NCBI GenBank assembly: GCA_044345405.1
Contig: JBIJBE010000006.1
Coordinates: 1-64,000 of the forward strand
DNA from: Bdellovibrionota bacterium
Lineage (GTDB): Bacteria > Bdellovibrionota_C > UBA2361 > OMII01
DNA length: 64,000 nt
Direction of reading: 5' to 3'
Shown here: in pieces, positions 58,991 to 64,000 of the stretch
Layout of the letters: every line of letters starts with the position of its first letter
How positions within the stretch are numbered: the stretch's first letter is position 1
Position numbers and translations under genes: made by a program
The notes under the pieces: model-generated
What the model saw: the letters and a program-made list of their open reading frames with translations, nothing else
Told to the model about the DNA's origin: nothing
Databases searched by the model: none

Positions 58991-59261
58991 TCATCGCGGC
59001 ATCTCGCGTCCCGCGGTACCTTCACACTCATAAGAACGTAGGGAAGGCCGTTACACAGCTCACCCTGAGTAATGGACGATTAGATTGCTCCTTCGCTTGT
59101 CGAGGGAGATTGGTTCCCCAGTTGGTTTAATCACTAGATTGAGCCGTTCAGTAGAGGGACTAAGCCGGGAATGCCTACGATACTGCTGAGGTAGTAGGTA
59201 CCGGTGATCTAATGAACTCTGCGCTCGGAACCCGACTATAACTGGTAGTCGGGTTTTTTTT
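58991..59261 (+). ncRNA. unassigned structured RNA, copy 1, with intrinsic terminator
   Basis: Nested helices supported by covariation with copy 2; terminator at 59229-59261. 5' end approximate. Confidence 0.7.
59229..59261 (+). terminator. intrinsic terminator of copy 1
   Basis: AACCCGACTAT/GTAGTCGGGTT stem with a T8 run. Confidence 0.88.
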
Positions 59262-59361
59262 ACCTCCATGCCGGACACATGAGCCAACGTGACCGACGAT
59301 GAAGCGCACAAGCTATAGGTCGCTGGGTAAATTTCGTAAATTGTTTTCAACCTAATCCCAA

Positions 59362-59630
59362 TCATCGCGGCATCTCGCGTCCCGCGGTACCTTCACAATC
59401 ACAGAACGCAGGGAAGGCTGTTACTCAGCTCACCCTGAGTAATGGACGATTAGGTTGCTCCTTCGTTTACCGAGGGAGATTGGTTCCCCAGTTGGTCTAG
59501 CCTAAAAATTAGATCGTTCAGTAGAGGAACTAAGCCGGGGATGCCTGCGATACTACTGAGGTAGTAGGTACCGGTGGTCTAATGAACTCTGCGCTCGGAA
59601 CCCGACTATAACTGGTAGTCGGGTTTTTTT
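59362..59630 (+). ncRNA. unassigned structured RNA, copy 2, with intrinsic terminator
   Basis: Same fold as copy 1 with compensatory changes; terminator at 59599-59630. 5' end approximate. Confidence 0.7.
59599..59630 (+). terminator. intrinsic terminator of copy 2
   Basis: Stem identical to copy 1, with a T7 run. Confidence 0.88.
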
Positions 59631-59657
59631 ACCTCCATGCCGGACACATGAGGAGCC

Positions 59658-60722
59658 GTGACCGACGATGAAGCGCACAAGCTATCAATTCGGGAACCGT
59701 ACCTTCCGTACAGTCAGTCACTAGCGCTAGGACTCACCACTCTGTGGTTTATCTATCTCTGCGCCTCGATCGTTAAGCCGTTTTTTTCGGTGCTCGCATG
59801 GTCACTCGCGCTCGCGGTAGCTTCCTATCCCGTCTCATCGTGGCTTAAACAACGAATTCGCAGTCGTTCGCTCGCCTCATTTCTCGCGCTTACCCTCGCG
59901 ACAGTTGTTATCTTTGTTCCGACGCTATGGGTATTGCGGATCCTTATTAACGCCGCGGCTGAGAATATCACGAGCGTCATTCAACAGTCCGGCCTGCGTG
60001 TATGGCTCGATCCTACGACGGCCCCTCCCCGCCTCGCCCCGCTCATGGTGTGGCTTGAGCAATCGCTCCATCTCCAACAGCTCGTCACTGATTTCGTGGC
60101 ATCGGTGGGGCAGCGGTTACCTCAACTTATTACGATGTCGCTGATCGGACTTGTTCAGGTTTTGTTGATACTCTTCACCACATTTTTCTTTATGAGAGAC
60201 GGAGAGCTCTTCTTCTCTTACCTCAAATGGGGAGTCCCGCTCCCTGAACAACAAACGGAGAAGGCGGTGTTTAGGGTGCTCGATACGGTACACGCCTGTC
60301 TCTTTGGGGTTGTCCTGATGGCGGTGCTCCAGGGGGCGCTCGGGAGCGCGATCTTTTGGTGGCTGAGGCTCCCTCAACCGGCGCTGTGGGGGATCGTGAT
60401 GGGGCTGCTAGCCATAGTGCCGTACCTAGGCGCGTTTGTGATCTGGATTCCCACCGCTTTCGTCCTCGCTCTGCATGGAAGATGGAGCGACGCGGTTGTG
60501 CTGGTGATATGGGGAACGATCGTCATAGGACTCGCGGACAACTTTCTCTATCCCGTTCTTGTCGGGAAGCGACTTCACTACCACACCCTTCTCATTTTTC
60601 TCTTCATATTGGGAGGTGTGTTTGTATTCGGGAGCGCGGGGATCGTGGTGGGGCCGATCGTTCTAAGCGCGACCCACAGTCTGATCGCGTTGTGGAACGA
60701 TGGGGAAATCCGTCGACGGTAA
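59658..60722 (+). CDS. AI-2E family (UPF0118) transporter
   Basis: KPFFSVLAWS, FFFMRDG, QGALG, IVPYLGA...WIP, DNFLYP, GG...FG..G..VGP; GAGGAG RBS. Confidence 0.92.
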   Translation: MTDDEAHKLSIREPYLPYSQSLALGLTTLWFIYLCASIVKPFFSVLAWSLALAVASYPVSSWLKQRIRSRSLASFLALTLATVVIFVPTLWVLRILINAAAENITSVIQQSGLRVWLDPTTAPPRLAPLMVWLEQSLHLQQLVTDFVASVGQRLPQLITMSLIGLVQVLLILFTTFFFMRDGELFFSYLKWGVPLPEQQTEKAVFRVLDTVHACLFGVVLMAVLQGALGSAIFWWLRLPQPALWGIVMGLLAIVPYLGAFVIWIPTAFVLALHGRWSDAVVLVIWGTIVIGLADNFLYPVLVGKRLHYHTLLIFLFILGGVFVFGSAGIVVGPIVLSATHSLIALWNDGEIRRR

Positions 60723-60795
60723 AACGAAAACCGTCGACGGTTACCGTCAGACGTCCTACGCCGGACGTCTACGTCATCGTTTCGCCCTCCGTGCC

Positions 60796-61365
60796 TTAGT
60801 GCGCGGATGGTTGCTCAGATGGTGCCTCTCCTCGCCCCTTCCCCGCCGGCTTTTCAAGTTGTCGCGGAGCGCCCGGCTGGACCTGAATACGTCGGGCTTG
60901 CAGACGGGACTGCTCGGTTTTTGGCAGAGATACGGTGAGCACTCCTCGGTCGAAGTTCGCCTGTATCTGACTCTCCTGGACTTCTACCCGAAGGGGGATT
61001 CGTCGCTCAAACGCGCCATATCTCCACTCGGAGTAGCGGGCGCCACGGATCTTCGACTCACGTTGCTCCTCCTCTTTCTTTTCACCTTTAAGAACGAGGT
61101 AGCCTGGCTCGAAGGTGACCTCGATATCGCTCTCCTTCATGCCAGGAAGCTCTGCCTGGACTCGGATCTCTCGCTCATCCTCCGACACGGAGACCTCGGG
61201 TTGAAACTCGCGCTGACGAATGGACGAGACTCCGACCGGCTCCCACACGTCCTGAAGCGCGGAGTTAATCGCTCGGCGCATCTGACGAATAATCGGGGCG
61301 AAATCACTGCCAAAGAACTCTTGTGGAATAAGTGGGTACTCACTGCGTGGCATAGAAACCTCCAT
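60796..61365 (-). CDS. Hsp20/alpha-crystallin small heat shock protein
   Basis: AELPGM...LVLKGEK...YGAFERRIPL...ANFDRGVLTVSLPK. Confidence 0.92.
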   Translation of the reverse strand: MEVSMPRSEYPLIPQEFFGSDFAPIIRQMRRAINSALQDVWEPVGVSSIRQREFQPEVSVSEDEREIRVQAELPGMKESDIEVTFEPGYLVLKGEKKEEEQRESKIRGARYSEWRYGAFERRIPLRVEVQESQIQANFDRGVLTVSLPKTEQSRLQARRIQVQPGAPRQLEKPAGKGRGEAPSEQPSAH

Positions 61366-61468
61366 AGGTACATAGTTTAGCTCGGGAACATTCCCGCACT
61401 AGGAGGGTACCGTTGAACTTCGACGCCGCTCATGACTGAGGTCATTTGCGGAGGGCGCGCTGAGTTCG

Positions 61469-61852
61469 CTACGCCGCTTGTGTAAGAGCTATCTGCCGAT
61501 GACAGGAAGAGCAGTTCTCATAGAACGGATACTGCTCTTGGTTGGTTAAAACGTTAAGTGGCTTATGGCAGGCGGGACAATCAACCTTCGCCGAGAGGAT
61601 CTTGGTTTTTACACGGAAGGTGTAGATAGTCATAATGGGCGTTACCACAAGGAGACCAAGCGGCACCAAGAAGAAGTGCGCGACAGGAATAAATACGCAC
61701 AACACAGTGGCCCCAAGACATTTGAGCGCCATCATCCATGCTCGTTTAATACGCCCCTGTTCGCTAAACTCAAGCACCTCCATGGTGCCGTACGTTGTTA
61801 CCTCATTACTTGTCGCGAGTATCTTTCGGGTGTGTTGGGTGGTGTGGTGCAT
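61469..61852 (-). CDS. small membrane protein with C-terminal zinc ribbon
   Basis: FIPVAHFFLVP TM hairpin; CPAC...CSSC. Confidence 0.7.
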   Translation of the reverse strand: MHHTTQHTRKILATSNEVTTYGTMEVLEFSEQGRIKRAWMMALKCLGATVLCVFIPVAHFFLVPLGLLVVTPIMTIYTFRVKTKILSAKVDCPACHKPLNVLTNQEQYPFYENCSSCHRQIALTQAA

Positions 61853-61911
61853 GGTTGGTTTGTAGCACTGGAATCGGAGCGTTTCCTATAGGGAATTTCC
61901 CGTGTCAGTGA

Positions 61912-63399
61912 CTACGGCTCGAGCTCAACCGTCGTTGGAAGAAGGCCGTGAAAGAGATCGTGCTCTAGCTTCTGCCACATCATGTATCGTCTCCGTCGTT
62001 CAGGATGCTGTGGTTGATAGCTCTTTTTCGGAGGCTCCTTTGTGAACTCACGGGTTGATGGGAGTTTTTCGGCGTAAACCAGCGCGGCGAGCGCGGCGCC
62101 CCGCGCGGTGGCTTCACGGGTTGGCATACGGTGAAGGGTTCTGCCACTCACGTCGGAGATATACTGCAAGAGATAGTCGAGTTCAGATCCTCCACCGGTT
62201 ACGACGATCTCGTTATTCTCATCGGGACCAAGGAGCCCCTTATCCTGAAACTCCTCTATCATCCGCACGATTAGATTCCCCACGTTCTCAACAATCGCTC
62301 GAACTTTATCACTAACAGTTGCGCCAGCCTTACAGAAGAGCGCGTTCGGTGTGCGCTCTGGATGCCACGGTGGAGAAGGGCGATGATTCACGAAGTACGC
62401 GGTCGCTATACCCTCAGGGTGTCGCTCATATGACTCCACGCACATCGTGTGGAGATCGGCGGTATCGTGACACCATCCTCTGCGGAGGGATTCCATAAGA
62501 ACCGTCCCCGTTATGGCCGAAGTGATCTCAACCAGATATTCCTTACGAACATCTTTGGTGACCGGGTCCTCTCGTGAAAAGAGCACACTCGTCATGAGCC
62601 CCATCTTTTGCACCCGCCGTTCGCCGGTCTCAACGACAAGCGAGGCGATCGTGCCAAGATTGAGGAGCGCGTATCCGCTCTCTCCCGGACGACCGAGGAC
62701 AGCCGCTTGTTGATCGCCGAGAACAGCGACCACAGGGATCTCCTCGAAGGTCGTATGGGCTGCGAACGATGGTCGAATCGGCGCGAGACGAGCGCGATCA
62801 ACTTTAAAGTCACGGCACAATTGCTCGCTCCAACCGCCCGTGGCGATCGGATAGAGCATGGTGCGCGCTGCCATGGTCTCTTCAGTGGCGAAAAGGTGCC
62901 GGCCACTTAATCGATACAGGATAAACGACTCTAAGGTACCGACCTTCACCGAGGGCTCAAGGAACTTACGTTGCAGAAGGTGGATCTTTCCCGCGGCGAA
63001 GTTGGGAATCGTAGGAAGACCCGTCAGCTCGGAGATACGCTCACTGTAGCGACCAAAACTTTGAATAATCGGAAAGGTGCGGGTATCGGCCCACGTAATC
63101 ATGGGATGCAGGGGCACCCCATCTGAAGATCGCCACGCGAGTACACCCGAACGCTGGACGGCAAGTCCGGCAGCTACGATCTTTGAGTCGTTCGCGCTCG
63201 CCCACTGCCTCGCTTTGAGAAACACCTCTACCACAGAGGAGAGAAGTCCCTCCGCGTCCTGCTCAACCGTTCTCTCAACTTCTACACGGGGAGGAACCGC
63301 GACAGTAAAGTCGGCGACAGATTGCCCGGATGCGTCGAGTAGTACCCCTTTCGTGGAGCTCGAACCCTGGTCGATTCCTAAGAACATAGAGCCGGTCAT
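61912..63399 (-). CDS. FGGY family carbohydrate kinase (glycerol kinase-like)
   Basis: GIDQGSSSTK, VEQD, QRS, TWADTR, GDQQA, EATARGAA. Confidence 0.85.
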   Translation of the reverse strand: MTGSMFLGIDQGSSSTKGVLLDASGQSVADFTVAVPPRVEVERTVEQDAEGLLSSVVEVFLKARQWASANDSKIVAAGLAVQRSGVLAWRSSDGVPLHPMITWADTRTFPIIQSFGRYSERISELTGLPTIPNFAAGKIHLLQRKFLEPSVKVGTLESFILYRLSGRHLFATEETMAARTMLYPIATGGWSEQLCRDFKVDRARLAPIRPSFAAHTTFEEIPVVAVLGDQQAAVLGRPGESGYALLNLGTIASLVVETGERRVQKMGLMTSVLFSREDPVTKDVRKEYLVEITSAITGTVLMESLRRGWCHDTADLHTMCVESYERHPEGIATAYFVNHRPSPPWHPERTPNALFCKAGATVSDKVRAIVENVGNLIVRMIEEFQDKGLLGPDENNEIVVTGGGSELDYLLQYISDVSGRTLHRMPTREATARGAALAALVYAEKLPSTREFTKEPPKKSYQPQHPERRRRYMMWQKLEHDLFHGLLPTTVELEP

Positions 63400-63645
63400 G
63401 GTATCGTTGGTAAGGATTGCTAACTATTCGCTCTTCGCGTGAAGCTTCTTCTCGCGGCGGGGCACGCAAGGTACCCCTTAGTGTCCCATGGAGATGGCTG
63501 GCCAAGCAATCGAAGTTATTCGGTTATTTTATAATATAGCTAATAGTACCGAGGCTTTACATTTAAGCCGTTTCCCCGAACAATAGACCGCCGAAGGAGA
63601 TCGTAACTTCGGTGGTGTTTTCTCTAGGTATCAGGAGTCGTTCAG

Positions 63646-64000
63646 ATGAGCTCGCATAAAAAACGTTCCCTCACGGGCTTAAAGCCAACGGGCAACCTCC
63701 ACCTCGGCAACTACCTCGGGGCGTTAAAACCTGCTCTTGAGCTCTCGAAGAGCTACGACTGTATCTACTTCATCGCGGATCTCCACTCGCTCACCCAAAA
63801 CAGAGACGCTGACGCGCTCGCGAGCCAAACGCTCGATCAGGTGGCGACCTGGCTCGCTATCGGTCTCGACACCGATAAACACACCCTCTTTAGACAGTCA
63901 GATGTACCGAGCGTCACTGAGTTGACGTGGTACTTAAGCTGCGTAACGGGGCACGGACTTCTTGAAAAGGCGCACGCCTTCAAGGATGCCGCGGCGAAGG
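63646..64000 (+). CDS. trpS: tryptophan--tRNA ligase (5' part, truncated by the window edge)
   Basis: MSSHKKRSLTGLKPTGNLHLGNYLGA...IADLHSLT...WLAIGLD...FRQSDV; AGGAG RBS. Confidence 0.93.
   Translation, partial: MSSHKKRSLTGLKPTGNLHLGNYLGALKPALELSKSYDCIYFIADLHSLTQNRDADALASQTLDQVATWLAIGLDTDKHTLFRQSDVPSVTELTWYLSCVTGHGLLEKAHAFKDAAAK

Larger units (their letters stand above)
58941..59685. repeat. head-to-tail tandem duplication, about 370 bp unit
   Basis: Units 58941-59312 and 59313-59681, with CTAT at all three junction points; long identical blocks. Confidence 0.95.

Noticed and set aside
59040-59110. Glycine riboswitch on the minus strand (CGAAGGAGCAA...CTCAGG)
   Set aside because: The upstream GGAGA element is missing, the segment is explained by a plus-strand hairpin, and the terminator polarity indicates plus-strand transcription.
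59037-59180. Cobalamin riboswitch (AGGGAA ... AAGCCGGGA..CCT)
   Set aside because: No CCGGTG/RAA.TCC T-loop arm and no GCCCCCGCAACTGT or GCCACTG elements.
58941-59685. CRISPR array or insertion sequence
   Set aside because: Only two long units, no spacers, no cas or transposase gene, and no target-site duplication beyond the 4-nt junction microhomology.
60700-61380. 226-aa plus-strand ORF
   Set aside because: Antisense shadow of the Hsp20 gene.
63585-63620. T-box leader before trpS
   Set aside because: Only a single hairpin (ACCGCCGAAG/CTTCGGTGGT); no T-box consensus or specifier stem.

Overview
A gene-dense bacterial chromosome segment of moderate GC. Gene content tentatively suggests a former-Deltaproteobacteria (Bdellovibrionota/Oligoflexia-like) lineage; this is inference only. 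Housekeeping genes include pyrF, pgpA, minCDE, gpmI, comF, mazG, ahcY, apaG, cmoB, rsfS, an RNase II-family gene and tRNA-Thr(CGT), plus csrA and a partial trpS that the ORF track missed. Accessory content includes a general-stress cluster (BON, two DUF892 ferritin-like genes), a double-domain pectate lyase, a Ser/Thr kinase, an ECF sigma/anti-sigma operon, an ABC-2 exporter, a decayed methyltransferase region and several REP-like palindromes. The most striking unannotated signal is at 58941-59685: a head-to-tail duplication (about 370 bp unit) of the whole desaturase/AI-2E intergenic region. Each copy holds an approximately 270-nt multibranched structured RNA ending in an intrinsic terminator, and the copies differ by compensatory or structure-neutral substitutions. 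This points to a functional ncRNA or tandem riboswitch that I cannot assign to a known family. Other notable items are a Ser1-type proteasome-beta-like (Ntn) protein, a eukaryote-like helical-repeat/RAP-domain protein, a catalytically degenerate cyclase paired with a cNMP-domain MscS channel, and a CarH-type B12 domain fused to a C-terminal XRE HTH. All calls come from reading the sequence by eye; no searches were run.
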